Origin: Phycisphaeraceae bacterium
GTDB lineage: Bacteria > Planctomycetota > Phycisphaerae > Phycisphaerales > Phycisphaeraceae
Length of the DNA: 64,000 bases
Direction of reading: 5' to 3'
Assembly (NCBI GenBank): GCA_020851735.1
Contig: JADZCD010000022.1
Span: 6,438 to 70,437, forward strand
Positions 18,095 to 27,470 of this stretch are shown piece after piece. Each line of letters begins with the position of its first letter. Positions within the stretch are counted from its first letter, which is position 1. A program made the position numbers and the translations under genes. The notes below the pieces were generated by a model. The model saw only the letters and a program-made list of their open reading frames with translations. It was not told the origin of the DNA and made no database searches.

Positions 18095-19021
18095 GTGAAA
18101 TCACCGCCGACGCCTCATCGACTTTGGTTATATCGCCAGGCTGTGCAGGACCCCGCGGCCGAGGTCGATCTGTTAGGCAGGATTTATGAGCACTATCGGG
18201 GCGGGGGGGCGGCGTATGGGCGTACCCCCCGGCACCCCCGGCACCCCCGGCACCCCCGGAATAGCCGGGGGCTGAACCGAGGGAAGGTGCGAAAGGACTT
18301 CCCCGGGGGGAAAAACTTCCGGGGTGGGCTGCTATTGCGCGAGGACTATGCCGGGACGTGCGCGGTGGCGGCGGCGTGGGTGGGTTCGCATCCAAACCGT
18401 CAGGCGGTGGCGGTGGATTGGGACCAGCGCGTGCTTAAGTGGGCGTGGCGGGAAGCGCAAAATGAAATAGGACCGCGGGCCGAAGAGGATCTGCACCTGG
18501 TGTGCGCCGACGTGCGGACATTTCGCGGGCCGCGGATCGACGTCGTCGCGGCGGGCAACTTCAGCGTGTTCTTTCATCACGACGGGCGGGCACTGCGGAA
18601 GTATTTTAAGAATCTGCGGGCGAGCCTGCGTCCGGGCGGGGTGGCGGTGGTCGACGCCTTCGGCGGGCCGGGGGCGATGCGCGTCATGCGGCAGACGCAG
18701 CCCATGCGGCTGCCCGACGGCAAGCGGGGCCGTTATGTCTGGGAGCAGAAATCCTTTGACGCGGTGACGGGACGGGTGGATTGCCGAATCCATTTCGAAC
18801 TGCCGGGCGGGAAGATATTGCGTAACGCGTTTGTTTACGACTGGCGGCTGTGGACCTTGCCGGAGCTGACCGAAGCCATGATCGACGCGGGATTTGCCAA
18901 GGCGGAAGTTTGGAGTGACCGCTATGACCCAAAGCGCAGCCAGAGCGATGGGATCTATCAGCCCATGAGTCGCATGCCGGCGCGCGAGGACTGGGTGGCC
19001 TGCGTGGTGGGCGTGCGATAA
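18095..19021 (+). CDS. class I SAM-dependent methyltransferase with a repeat insert
   Basis: LREDYAGTCAVAAAWV..AVAVDWD..ADVR..VVAAGNFSV is a methyltransferase fold pattern. Residues GGAAYGRTPRHPRHPRHPRNSRGLNRGKVRKDFPGGKNFRGG are encoded by repeat DNA. Confidence 0.7.
   Translation: MKSPPTPHRLWLYRQAVQDPAAEVDLLGRIYEHYRGGGAAYGRTPRHPRHPRHPRNSRGLNRGKVRKDFPGGKNFRGGLLLREDYAGTCAVAAAWVGSHPNRQAVAVDWDQRVLKWAWREAQNEIGPRAEEDLHLVCADVRTFRGPRIDVVAAGNFSVFFHHDGRALRKYFKNLRASLRPGGVAVVDAFGGPGAMRVMRQTQPMRLPDGKRGRYVWEQKSFDAVTGRVDCRIHFELPGGKILRNAFVYDWRLWTLPELTEAMIDAGFAKAEVWSDRYDPKRSQSDGIYQPMSRMPAREDWVACVVGVR
18222..18324. repeat. hairpin-B variant plus CTTCCGGGG units inside a CDS
   Basis: GTACCCCCCGG(CACCCCCGG)x3 AATAGCCGGGGGCTGAA ... 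GACTTCCCCGGGGGGAAAAACTTCCGGGG. Confidence 0.85.
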
Positions 19022-19200
19022 GGGAAGAGGAGGAGTTTGGAATTAGGAGTTAGGAGATGGGGAAATGCAGTGCCAAATGACGAATTAGATCCCTGACGCC
19101 GTATGTTAGGCCTTATACACCATCCGCAGGCGGGGGGTGGTAGGATGACTTGGGCGAAGGGGACTGAAATTTTCACCGCGGGTACGAGCGGGGCTTTGTT

Positions 19201-21510
19201 ATGGATAAACAGGGGACGGTAGCGGCGAGCGATGGATTGACCCGGGCCAAGTCGCCGCGGTTCTTGAACCGCGAGCTTAGTTGGCTGGAGTTTAACCGTC
19301 GGGTATTGCATGAGGCTTTGGACGAGCGCACGCCGCTTTTGGAGCGGGTGTTTTTCCTGTCGATTTTCAATTCCAATCTGGACGAATTTTTCCAGAAGCG
19401 TGTGGGCGGCCTGCGCCGGCAGATCGCCGCTAACGTGTCCACGCGCACGCCCGACGGCCTAAGTCCAGCCGAGACGCTGGCAGCCATTCGGGCGGCGGTG
19501 TTGGAGATGCTCAATACCCAGGCGGATTGTTTCGTGACCCACATCAAGCCCGCTCTGCGCGAAAAGGGCGTGCACCTGTTGACCTGGGGCGAATTGACGG
19601 ACGCCGAGCGGGCCTGGGCGCGGGATTTTTATCGCGTCAATTTGTTTCCCGTGCTTACGCCGCTGGCGGTGGACCCGGGCCATCCGTTTCCGTTTATCAG
19701 TAATTTGAGCACGTCGCTGGGCGTGATTCTGCGCGTGCCGCGCGGCAGCGAGGGCGGCGGAGCTCTGCCGGGGACAAGGGACGATGCCCCGCTTGCGGAC
19801 GCGCCCGGCTCGTCGAGGCAGTCGCTTCCGGGGTCGCTTCCGGGGGCGGGGGCACTTCCGGGGGCGGAGGGGCAGGACGACAACTTATTCGGCGGGGAGC
19901 GGCAATTCGCGCGGGTGAAAGTGCCCGGCGTATTGCCGCGCTGGGTGCGGATCGGCGGGCCGGGCGCGGGTCAGCCGCTGCGTTTTGTGCACGTGGAGCA
20001 GATTCTGCGCCACAATTTTCAGGACTTGTTTGAGGGCATGGAGATTGAGGACGTCATGCCCTTCCGCATCACGCGCAACGCGGACGTGGAGCGTGACGAG
20101 GAAGACGCCGAGGACCTTTTGGAGCTGATCGAGCAGGAATTGCGGGATCGGCGTTTCGCCCCGGTGGTTCGGCTGGAGGTCGGGCCGGAGCCAAATGAAG
20201 CGATGGTGCGCTTCCTGATGAACGAGCTGGAGCTGAACCCCAGCGACGTCTACCGCATGCCGGGGGAGCTGGACTACACGGATTTGTCGGTGATTCACCA
20301 GTTGAATTTAGGTGAACTAAAGCACCCGCCGTTCACGCCCGTCTGCCCGCCGCGCCTGGCGGATGAGGAAGCCGATATTTTCAGCGTCATCCGGGCGGGC
20401 GACGTGCTGGTGCACCATCCGTACGAATCCTTTAAGACCAGCGTGGAGCGGTTCATCCGCACCGCGGCTGACGATCCGAAAGTGATCGCCATCAAGCAGA
20501 CGCTCTATCGGACCAACCCCAACTCGCCGTTTATTCCCGACCTGATGCGGGCCGCGGAGTCCGGCAAGCAGGTGATCTGTCTGGTGGAGCTTAAGGCCCG
20601 CTTTGACGAAGAGCGGAACATCCAGATGGCCCAGCAGCTGGAGAAGGCCGGCGTGCACGTGGTGTACGGCATGGTGGGCTTAAAGACGCACACCAAGACG
20701 GCCATGGTGGTGCGCCAGGAAGCCGAGGGCGTGCGGGTGTACGCCCACATCGGCACGGGCAACTACAACTCGCAGACGGCTCAGATGTACACGGATTTGG
20801 GCCTGTTTACCTGCAATCCGGCTTATACCAACGACGTGGTGGAGCTGTTTCATTATCTGACGGGCCGGAGCATCAAGCGCGATTTTAAGACGCTGCTGGT
20901 GGCCCCCACGAACATGCGGCGGCGCTTTACCGAGATGATCGACCGCGAGATCGCCTTGGCCGAAACCTGGAAGCAGCGCGGCAGCCGGGCCGACGACCCG
21001 GAGCGCCCGCGGATCATCGCCAAGATGAACAGCCTGGAGGACGTGAAGATGTGCGAGAAGCTTTACGAAGCTTCCGCGGCCGGGGTGCGCATCGACCTGA
21101 TCGTGCGCGGGTTCTGCTGCCTGACGCCGAGCGTGGCGGGGTTAAGCCAAAACATCCGCGTGACCAGCACCATCGGGCGCTTCCTGGAGCACTCGCGCAT
21201 CTACTACTTCCACAATGCCGGCAAGGGCGAGTATTACATCGGGTCGGCTGACTGGATGTACCGCAACTTAAACAACCGGGTGGAGTGCATCGCGCCGGTG
21301 CTGGATTCCTCATTGCATCCGAAGCTGCGGCAGATCCTGGACGTCATGCTGGCCGACCGGCGGCAGACGTGGGACATGCTCCCGGACGGCTGCTACGCGC
21401 AGCGCCAGCCCGACGGCGCCGACGCCACCGCCGCCTGCGGCACGCACCAGGCCCTGATGGACGTCGCCCGCCGGGATGCGGCGCCGCATGGGGAGGCGGA
21501 GGGGAAGTGA
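19201..21510 (+). CDS. ppk: polyphosphate kinase 1
   Basis: FLNRELSWLEFNRRVLHEA..FLSIFNSNLDEFF, with C-terminal HxK PLD-like motifs (LKTHTKTAMVV, RFLEHSRIYYF). Confidence 0.95.
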   Translation: MDKQGTVAASDGLTRAKSPRFLNRELSWLEFNRRVLHEALDERTPLLERVFFLSIFNSNLDEFFQKRVGGLRRQIAANVSTRTPDGLSPAETLAAIRAAVLEMLNTQADCFVTHIKPALREKGVHLLTWGELTDAERAWARDFYRVNLFPVLTPLAVDPGHPFPFISNLSTSLGVILRVPRGSEGGGALPGTRDDAPLADAPGSSRQSLPGSLPGAGALPGAEGQDDNLFGGERQFARVKVPGVLPRWVRIGGPGAGQPLRFVHVEQILRHNFQDLFEGMEIEDVMPFRITRNADVERDEEDAEDLLELIEQELRDRRFAPVVRLEVGPEPNEAMVRFLMNELELNPSDVYRMPGELDYTDLSVIHQLNLGELKHPPFTPVCPPRLADEEADIFSVIRAGDVLVHHPYESFKTSVERFIRTAADDPKVIAIKQTLYRTNPNSPFIPDLMRAAESGKQVICLVELKARFDEERNIQMAQQLEKAGVHVVYGMVGLKTHTKTAMVVRQEAEGVRVYAHIGTGNYNSQTAQMYTDLGLFTCNPAYTNDVVELFHYLTGRSIKRDFKTLLVAPTNMRRRFTEMIDREIALAETWKQRGSRADDPERPRIIAKMNSLEDVKMCEKLYEASAAGVRIDLIVRGFCCLTPSVAGLSQNIRVTSTIGRFLEHSRIYYFHNAGKGEYYIGSADWMYRNLNNRVECIAPVLDSSLHPKLRQILDVMLADRRQTWDMLPDGCYAQRQPDGADATAACGTHQALMDVARRDAAPHGEAEGK
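19821..19870. repeat. CTTCCGGGG tandem units inside ppk1
   Basis: GTCGCTTCCGGGGTCGCTTCCGGGGGCGGGGGCACTTCCGGGGGCGGAGG, translated as SLPGSLPGAGALPGAEG. Confidence 0.85.
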
Positions 21511-21522
21511 AGGGCATGACAA

Positions 21523-22206
21523 ATGAAGCCGGAAATCCATGAATTTCTGCGGCAATGGCGGCGTTGGAGCCTTAGGGCCTTACTGATATCCATCCTGATC
21601 AACGCGCCAGTGGTGTTCATGCAGTGGTGCGCGGTGTCGACGTGGGGTTGTGGCGGCGACTCGGTGGTGCATTTGAGCTTGTATTCCATTCTCCTGCTCA
21701 TGCTGGTGGCTCTGACCGCGCCTGTGTGGTTGATATTGCTGGGTGTCAACCGAACGCGCAAGACGGCGTTTTTTCTCTTGACCACCTGCGTGATTTATTT
21801 TGCCGTAACGGTCGTTACGATGCAGATCAGCTTTCAGGTACGGTCGAGCGCGTTCCACGCGTTGGCAAAACGAAGTGCCGTCCTTGTCTCGGCCATCAAG
21901 CAGTATGAAATCGATCACACCGGCCCACCGCAGACGTTGGCGCAGCTGGTGCCGCAATATCTGCCGGCCATTCCGCAGACGGGCATGGCGGCGTATCCGG
22001 ATTACGTCTATGTGCCCAGGGGATTAAGCGACGGGTTTGAGGGAGAGCCTTGGCCCGAGGGAAACACATGGATTCTTCTTGTTCACACGCCTTCGGGCGG
22101 GATCAACTTCGACATGTTTCTTTACTTCCCGGCCCAGAATTACCCGAAGCAAGCTTACGGCTCGTGGCTTGAACACGTGGAAGATTGGGCGTACGCGCAC
22201 GAATAG
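21523..22206 (+). CDS. hypothetical membrane protein
   Basis: Several hydrophobic segments in the N-terminal half. No recognisable motif. Confidence 0.45.
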   Translation: MKPEIHEFLRQWRRWSLRALLISILINAPVVFMQWCAVSTWGCGGDSVVHLSLYSILLLMLVALTAPVWLILLGVNRTRKTAFFLLTTCVIYFAVTVVTMQISFQVRSSAFHALAKRSAVLVSAIKQYEIDHTGPPQTLAQLVPQYLPAIPQTGMAAYPDYVYVPRGLSDGFEGEPWPEGNTWILLVHTPSGGINFDMFLYFPAQNYPKQAYGSWLEHVEDWAYAHE

Positions 22207-22291
22207 GAAACGCAGAAATTTAGCGCCTTGATCGCGGCAAAAGTCCGACACGGTTGGGAAGAAATTGCCGGGCGGAAAAAAACTAATCAGT

Positions 22292-22675
22292 CTACGACAT
22301 AAGCCCAAGGCTCTTGCGGATCACCTGCCGCACCGCTGTGCAGCGGCGCAGAGAATCCTGGGCATCGGCGTTCGTGGCGGTGGTGCCGGGATAACGATAC
22401 TCCACGGCGAAGCGGCTGAGCACGGCCAAGTCCGCGCGCATGACCGCCCAACCTGACTCTGCCGGCAGGATCAGGGCCAGAAGCTGTTCTAGGTCGTGGG
22501 TCTTGGGAAAAGCGAGATTCGCTTCTTGCAGGCGGGCTTTTAGATATTTCTCGACGCATTGCTGGGCATGGAAACAAACCGCGTCGTAAGGCACCTTGGG
22601 CGCCTGCATCACCCAGCGCGCGGCTTCGAAATCGCCTTCGGCTTTTTCAACCCACTCTTGGGTCAGAGGCGTCAT
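22292..22675 (-). CDS. HEPN-domain protein (toxin of a HEPN/MNT pair)
   Basis: 127 aa. WVEKAEGDFEAA..FHAQQCVEKYLKA..THDLEQL..AVEYRYP is the typical HEPN helix pattern. It overlaps the upstream nucleotidyltransferase gene. Confidence 0.8.
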   Translation of the reverse strand: MTPLTQEWVEKAEGDFEAARWVMQAPKVPYDAVCFHAQQCVEKYLKARLQEANLAFPKTHDLEQLLALILPAESGWAVMRADLAVLSRFAVEYRYPGTTATNADAQDSLRRCTAVRQVIRKSLGLMS

Positions 22676-23000
22676 AAAGCACGTGTCCGGTGTTTAGGAT
22701 GTCGCGGATGAAGAAATCATTCAGGGCCAAACGTTGCTCGATCTGCTGGGGAGTGCGCACCAGGAGGTCGATGGGAAAACGGTGCGGCACGGCCTGGCTG
22801 AGTTCCGCGGCCTTATAGGCGGGGCTGCCCTCGAAGGGCATCACCACCATCAAGTCCACGTCTGAGTCGGCCGACACGTCGCCCTTGGCGTAGGAACCAA
22901 AGAGAATCACCTTCTCCGGGCGGAATTGCCGCACGAGTTGCTCGCAAACGTCCTGAATGTCCGCGCGGCTGACCATCGTCTTCCCCTGGGGCCCATGCAC
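22647..23000 (-). CDS. minimal nucleotidyltransferase (MNT antitoxin-type)
   Basis: VILFGSYAKGDVSADSDVDLMVV is the G-S..D-x-D pol-beta NTase motif. 117 aa. Confidence 0.85.
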   Translation of the reverse strand: MHGPQGKTMVSRADIQDVCEQLVRQFRPEKVILFGSYAKGDVSADSDVDLMVVMPFEGSPAYKAAELSQAVPHRFPIDLLVRTPQQIEQRLALNDFFIRDILNTGHVLYDASDPRVG

Positions 23001-23065
23001 AAGCCGCCATTATAGTCCATCGCACGGGCAGCTTAGAGCCAAACCTTTCCGTTTGTCGAGCCCGT

Positions 23066-24679
23066 TTACCCCCCCAGATGCGGCTGACTCTGCTGGGCCT
23101 GATTCTGTATTTGCGGGAACAGCCGGCGGGCCACCAAGCGCAGCACCTGGTCTTCCAAGTCCTTGATCATGTAGTGGTGCACGGGCGGCTTGTAGTTGTT
23201 AAAGAGCATGGAGAACGCGATCACCCGATAGCCGTTAAAGTCCGGCGTGGTGCTGGACGTGGGGATCACGGCCGGATCGGTCGGCACGAGCATGTAGCCG
23301 GTCAGGGCGGTGACAGCCCGGATGTAGCCGCTCTTGGCCACCACCAAGGCGGGCATGTCCGCGCCGGGGTTTAAGCGTTTTTCCAGCGTGCCGCTGTTGC
23401 CGGCTACGGCCATGCTGTGCAGATAGATCGGCCCGAGTTGCGGATCGCCATACAGGTCGGCCAGCAGTTCCACCAGCACGCGGGCGGTGACGCGATTTTC
23501 CCGGCTCATGCCGCTGCCGTCATCCACGTGCACCACCGCGGCCGAGGCGCCCAGCCGGCTGGTGAGAAACGAGCGCACCGCGGCGGCCCCGTTGTTCCAG
23601 CTGCCCGGCGAGCCTGTGAGCTTCTGGCCCATGCGCTTGAGCAGCGATTCGGCGTAAAGATTGTGCGAGTCCTGATTGCAGCGGTCCAGGATCAGGGGCA
23701 TGGTCGTCTGCAGGGCGTGCAGGGTGGCGCCGGCCGGCAGCGTGCGATCCAGCGGGGCGCGGATCACGTCCTGAACCCCGATGCCCGCCTGGCGCAGGCG
23801 ATCAGCCAGAACGCGTCCGAAAAACAGCGGCGGATCGTGGATCGTTACCTGCACCGGCTCGGTCCGGCGATTCTTGATCTCGCCGCGCACCACGATTTCG
23901 TTGTTGCCCGTGACGCGCCCGACGCTGAAGGTGTCGCTCCGCCCGGTCAAGGCCCGGTTGGTGACGGTGATGATCGGCAGGCTGGGGGCGAAGTCCACCG
24001 ACGGAGCCATGCCCATCTGCGTCGGCTGCAGGAACACGTTCAAGCAGTTCTCGTGGAAATTCAAACCCGTCACTTCCGCGCAGTACCAGCGGTCCAGCTG
24101 ATCGGTCGGCCAGTTGGGGTGGATCCATTCCTGATCGAACGTCGCGTCGTCAATCATGAGGCTGCCGAACTGCTTCACGCCGGTGCGCACGACCGCCTGC
24201 ACCCACAGGTCCAGCAGCCACTCGACGTTCTTGCCATGCTCACCAAGGATCTTTTCATCGCCGAAGGACGGATCGCCGCTGCCGTGGACCAGCAGCGTGG
24301 GCAGATGGGCCTGGAACTGCTTCTGATCCTCGGGCAGGAGGTTGATCCACTCCGCGGGCTGAATCATCCGCAGCTCCGTGCGGAAGACAAAGTCCGGGCC
24401 CAGCAGGTTGAGGGCGGCCGCGGTGGTCACCACCTTCATATTGCTGGCCGGCATCAGCGGCAGGTCGGGATGAATTTTGACCAGATCATCCCCAGTGGTC
24501 AGGTCGACTAGGTAAATGCTGTATTCCGCCTGCCCCAGATTTTGCTTGTTAAGCAGGGAACTGATTTCTGAATCGACGCCCGCCCAGGCCTGGCCGGCCG
24601 GGAGCAGGGTCAAAACCAATAAGCTAAGCAGGCACGAGGCCAACGCTTGGGACCAGAAAGAACGACTTGTCACAGGCAT
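23066..24679 (-). CDS. dacB: D-alanyl-D-alanine carboxypeptidase/endopeptidase (PBP4 family)
   Basis: SNMK (SxxK), DGSGMSRENRVT and KSGY motifs. I chose the start at 24679 because it gives a signal peptide and has GGAGGG 8 nt upstream; the ORF is open to 24757. Confidence 0.85.
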   Translation of the reverse strand: MPVTSRSFWSQALASCLLSLLVLTLLPAGQAWAGVDSEISSLLNKQNLGQAEYSIYLVDLTTGDDLVKIHPDLPLMPASNMKVVTTAAALNLLGPDFVFRTELRMIQPAEWINLLPEDQKQFQAHLPTLLVHGSGDPSFGDEKILGEHGKNVEWLLDLWVQAVVRTGVKQFGSLMIDDATFDQEWIHPNWPTDQLDRWYCAEVTGLNFHENCLNVFLQPTQMGMAPSVDFAPSLPIITVTNRALTGRSDTFSVGRVTGNNEIVVRGEIKNRRTEPVQVTIHDPPLFFGRVLADRLRQAGIGVQDVIRAPLDRTLPAGATLHALQTTMPLILDRCNQDSHNLYAESLLKRMGQKLTGSPGSWNNGAAAVRSFLTSRLGASAAVVHVDDGSGMSRENRVTARVLVELLADLYGDPQLGPIYLHSMAVAGNSGTLEKRLNPGADMPALVVAKSGYIRAVTALTGYMLVPTDPAVIPTSSTTPDFNGYRVIAFSMLFNNYKPPVHHYMIKDLEDQVLRLVARRLFPQIQNQAQQSQPHLGG

Positions 24680-24807
24680 CCGCAAAACCCTCCGTAGTAT
24701 TCGCAGTCCAGTCGCCATCCCTGGCGTCCTTCCGGGCATATTATGCCAACCAGCCACGGCTTGCGTTCCCAGACGTCCGCCACCTGGTCCGGGCAGTCCG
24801 CCCAGAG

Positions 24808-24890
24808 GCCTTCCGAGGGGCGCTTCCAGGGGAGCCCTTCCCGGGGGGACACTTCCGGGGGTTCCGGGGGCGTTCCGGGGGCGGGGGCAT
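24808..24890. repeat. CTTCCGGGG-type tandem array (intergenic)
   Basis: CCTTCCGAGGGGCGCTTCCAGGGGAGCCCTTCCCGGGGGGACACTTCCGGGGGTTCCGGGGGCGTTCCGGGGGCGGGGGC. Confidence 0.85.
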
Positions 24891-24928
24891 CTATTACATC
24901 GGAAATGCGAGGTTGGGCGGGGCCAAAA

Positions 24929-26095
24929 TTAAGCCAGGACCTGGCGATAGATCTGGGCGAAGGCCAGGTGCATCTGATCCTGATCGAAAAGTGACTTCTG
25001 CCGGGCCAGCCCAGCCTCACCCAGCAAGCGGCGCAGGGGCGCGTCCTCCAGGAGGTTCAGGACGTTGTCCGCCAGCCGTTGGCTGTCGCTGCGCGGGGAG
25101 AGCAGGCCGGTGATCCCGTGCTCAATGATCTCGCCGTTGCCCCCCACGTCCGTGGCGGCAATCGGCAGGCCGGCCGCCATCGCTTCTAAGAGCGTGACGG
25201 AAATCCCCTCGCTTAAACTGCTGAGCACAAACACGTCCGCAGCCGCCATCAGGGCTGGAATATCCGTGCGCACGCCCAGGAATCGCACGTGGGCGGCAGT
25301 GCCCAGTTCCGCCGCCTGCTTTTCCAGGTCGGAGCGCAGTTCACCGTCGCCGGCAAGCAGCAGAACGGCGTTCGGGCAGCGCACCTTGACGTGGGCCATG
25401 GCCCGCAGCGCGGTGGCGTGATCCTTGACCGGGTGCAGCCGGGCCACCTGCAGCACCACCGGCTGGTTGGCGGTGATGCCCAGCTCCGCGCGGATCTTCT
25501 CCCGTAGCGTTCCGGCCTCCGCGTCGGGCAATGCAAACTTCCGGGGGTCGATGCCGTTGTGGATCACGTCGATGCGGGCTGCGTCGATACCCTCGCTGCG
25601 GATCAAGGCTTGCTTAATAAATTGCCCCACCGCCGTGACGCGATCGGACGGGCGCAACAGCACCTTGTTGGCCCAGATGCGCTTAGGGCGCGGCGGGTCG
25701 GGGTAATGGCGGCCATGCTCGGTGAACACGATTCCGCGCAGGTCTTTTAGCCCGCGCAACGTGGCGCTCCGCCGCAGCCGGGACAGGGCGGCGTAGAAAA
25801 AGGGCGTGTACTGGTGGGCGTGAACCATGTTGACGCGCTGTTGCTGGAGGAATCGGCCCAGCCGGTGGGTCAGCGCCAGGTCAAAGCCCGGGCGGCGCTC
25901 CAGGTTCGCGACGGTAAAGCCCTCCGCTCGAAGCTGATCCGCCAACGGGCCGAGCCCGTCTAAACAGAAGAAAACAAAACGGAACTGCTGGCGCAAATTG
26001 CGGGCGATGTGAACCGCCAGAATCTCCGCCCCGGCAAAGTCCAGCCGATGCAGGCCATGAGCAATCGTCGGCAGGGAATCAGTCACCGCAATCAC
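24929..26095 (-). CDS. GT4-family glycosyltransferase
   Basis: C-terminal domain RLHPVKDH..LLLAGDGELR..VFVLSSLSEGISVTLLEAMAAGLPIAATDVGGNGEII. Confidence 0.85.
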   Translation of the reverse strand: MIAVTDSLPTIAHGLHRLDFAGAEILAVHIARNLRQQFRFVFFCLDGLGPLADQLRAEGFTVANLERRPGFDLALTHRLGRFLQQQRVNMVHAHQYTPFFYAALSRLRRSATLRGLKDLRGIVFTEHGRHYPDPPRPKRIWANKVLLRPSDRVTAVGQFIKQALIRSEGIDAARIDVIHNGIDPRKFALPDAEAGTLREKIRAELGITANQPVVLQVARLHPVKDHATALRAMAHVKVRCPNAVLLLAGDGELRSDLEKQAAELGTAAHVRFLGVRTDIPALMAAADVFVLSSLSEGISVTLLEAMAAGLPIAATDVGGNGEIIEHGITGLLSPRSDSQRLADNVLNLLEDAPLRRLLGEAGLARQKSLFDQDQMHLAFAQIYRQVLA

Positions 26096-26174
26096 CGTGT
26101 AAAAAAAGTCCGCTGGACACCAGCATAAGCACGCTCAAAGTAGATCGACCGTCAAGGCCAAAACCCCGCAAAGC

Positions 26175-26290
26175 TCCCCCGCCCCCGCCCCCGGAAGTGC
26201 CCCCGGAAGTCCCCCCCGGAAGCGCCCCCTCCCCCGGAAACTCCCTGTGGGGTGCCATACAGCATCCCGCAGGGTGCTGTGTGCTGCTGT
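26175..26290. repeat. CCCCGGAAG tandem units plus hairpin C
   Basis: CCCCCGCCCCCGCCCCCGGAAGTGCCCCCGGAAGTCCCCCCCGGAAGCGCC..GGTGCCATACAGCATCCCGCAGGGTGCTGTGTGCTG. Confidence 0.85.
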
Positions 26291-26365
26291 TTATTCCCGA
26301 CTCCGCTCTTCCTCCCTCTCCCGGCGTATGATTAGATAACCGCCGCAACCGCCAGGAGCCCTGCC

Positions 26366-26920
26366 ATGGTGTTGACCCCCTCGACCACGGTGAAACTGGG
26401 CACGCCCGCCCCGGAATTTTCCCTGCTCGACACCGAAGGCGAAAAAGTCTCGCTGGCCGATTTTCAGGGCGCCAGCGCTTACCTGGTGATGTTCATCTGC
26501 AATCATTGCCCGTACGTCAAACATGTGGCTGCGGAGCTGACGCGCTTAGGCGAGGACTATCAGGACCGCGACGTGGCGGTGGTGGCGATCAATGCCAACG
26601 ACGCGGAAAACTATCCCGACGACAGCCCCGAACGCATGAAGGAAGAAAAAGTCGCCCGCAGCTACACCTTCCCGTATCTGTTCGACCAGACTCAGGAAGT
26701 GGCCAAGGCCTATCAGGCTGCCTGCACGCCGGACTTTTTCCTGTTCGACTTTAACCGCAGACTGATCTACCACGGCCAGCTGGACGATTCGCGCCCCGGC
26801 AACGGCGTCCCCGTCACCGGCCGCGACCTGCGCGCCGCCTTGGACGCCACCCTGGCGGGCAAACCGGTTGCCCCCGACCAGAAGCCGTCGATGGGCTGCA
26901 ATATCAAGTGGAAAAAATAG
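26366..26920 (+). CDS. thioredoxin-fold (AhpC/TSA-like) protein
   Basis: APEFSLLDTEGEKVSLADF..MFICNHCPYV redox motif. Confidence 0.8.
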   Translation: MVLTPSTTVKLGTPAPEFSLLDTEGEKVSLADFQGASAYLVMFICNHCPYVKHVAAELTRLGEDYQDRDVAVVAINANDAENYPDDSPERMKEEKVARSYTFPYLFDQTQEVAKAYQAACTPDFFLFDFNRRLIYHGQLDDSRPGNGVPVTGRDLRAALDATLAGKPVAPDQKPSMGCNIKWKK

Positions 26921-27121
26921 CACTTGCCGGACGTCAAAATCGTGTGTTGACAGCCGCGCGATTGCTGACGACCGGTGTATCCAACCGACGTGGTAGGACC
27001 GGGGAATGCCGTGCCATTGAACTTTTTTGCCTCCCGCTTGCGTTGGGTTAGTTGTCAGACGTTTGTGCGCGTCCCGGCGTCTGGCCTGACTAACGCTTGG
27101 GATGCGGGTTGGAGGTTCCCC

Positions 27122-27337
27122 ATGAAACGAATCACGAGTGTTTTGTTGGCTGCGGCGCTGTTGGCTTTGCCATCGTTGGCCTGGGCTGGGCCCAGCGCGG
27201 GCGCGCACCTTTATGGCCGCGCCGGCACCCAACACCGTACGCCGACCTATGTCGGCCGAAACGCCGCGCCGCGTCCGATGACGGCGCACCAAGACGTGAT
27301 CGCCGGCCGCGTCGTACTGGTCTGGTCCGCCCACTGA
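27122..27337 (+). CDS. small putative secreted protein
   Basis: MKRITSVLLAAALLALPSLAWA is signal-peptide-like, with GGAGG upstream. 71 aa, no other support. Confidence 0.35.
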   Translation: MKRITSVLLAAALLALPSLAWAGPSAGAHLYGRAGTQHRTPTYVGRNAAPRPMTAHQDVIAGRVVLVWSAH

Positions 27338-27382
27338 TGCATCAGCTGCTTACTTTAGTCCATGCTCCCCCCGGGTTCCGCG

Positions 27383-27416
27383 ACCACCTGGCTTAGAACC
27401 AGGTGGTTGTGTTATT
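27383..27416. terminator. hairpin terminator candidate between convergent genes
   Basis: ACCACCTGG-cttagaa-CCAGGTGGT followed by TGTGTTATT. Confidence 0.5.
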
Positions 27417-27470
27417 CATGGCGATGATGCGTCCTAAGGGGCTGGAAAACGAACGCGCGGTCGGCAGGGG

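Noticed and set aside
23417-24511. 364-aa plus-strand ORF
   Set aside because: Antisense to the PBP4 gene.
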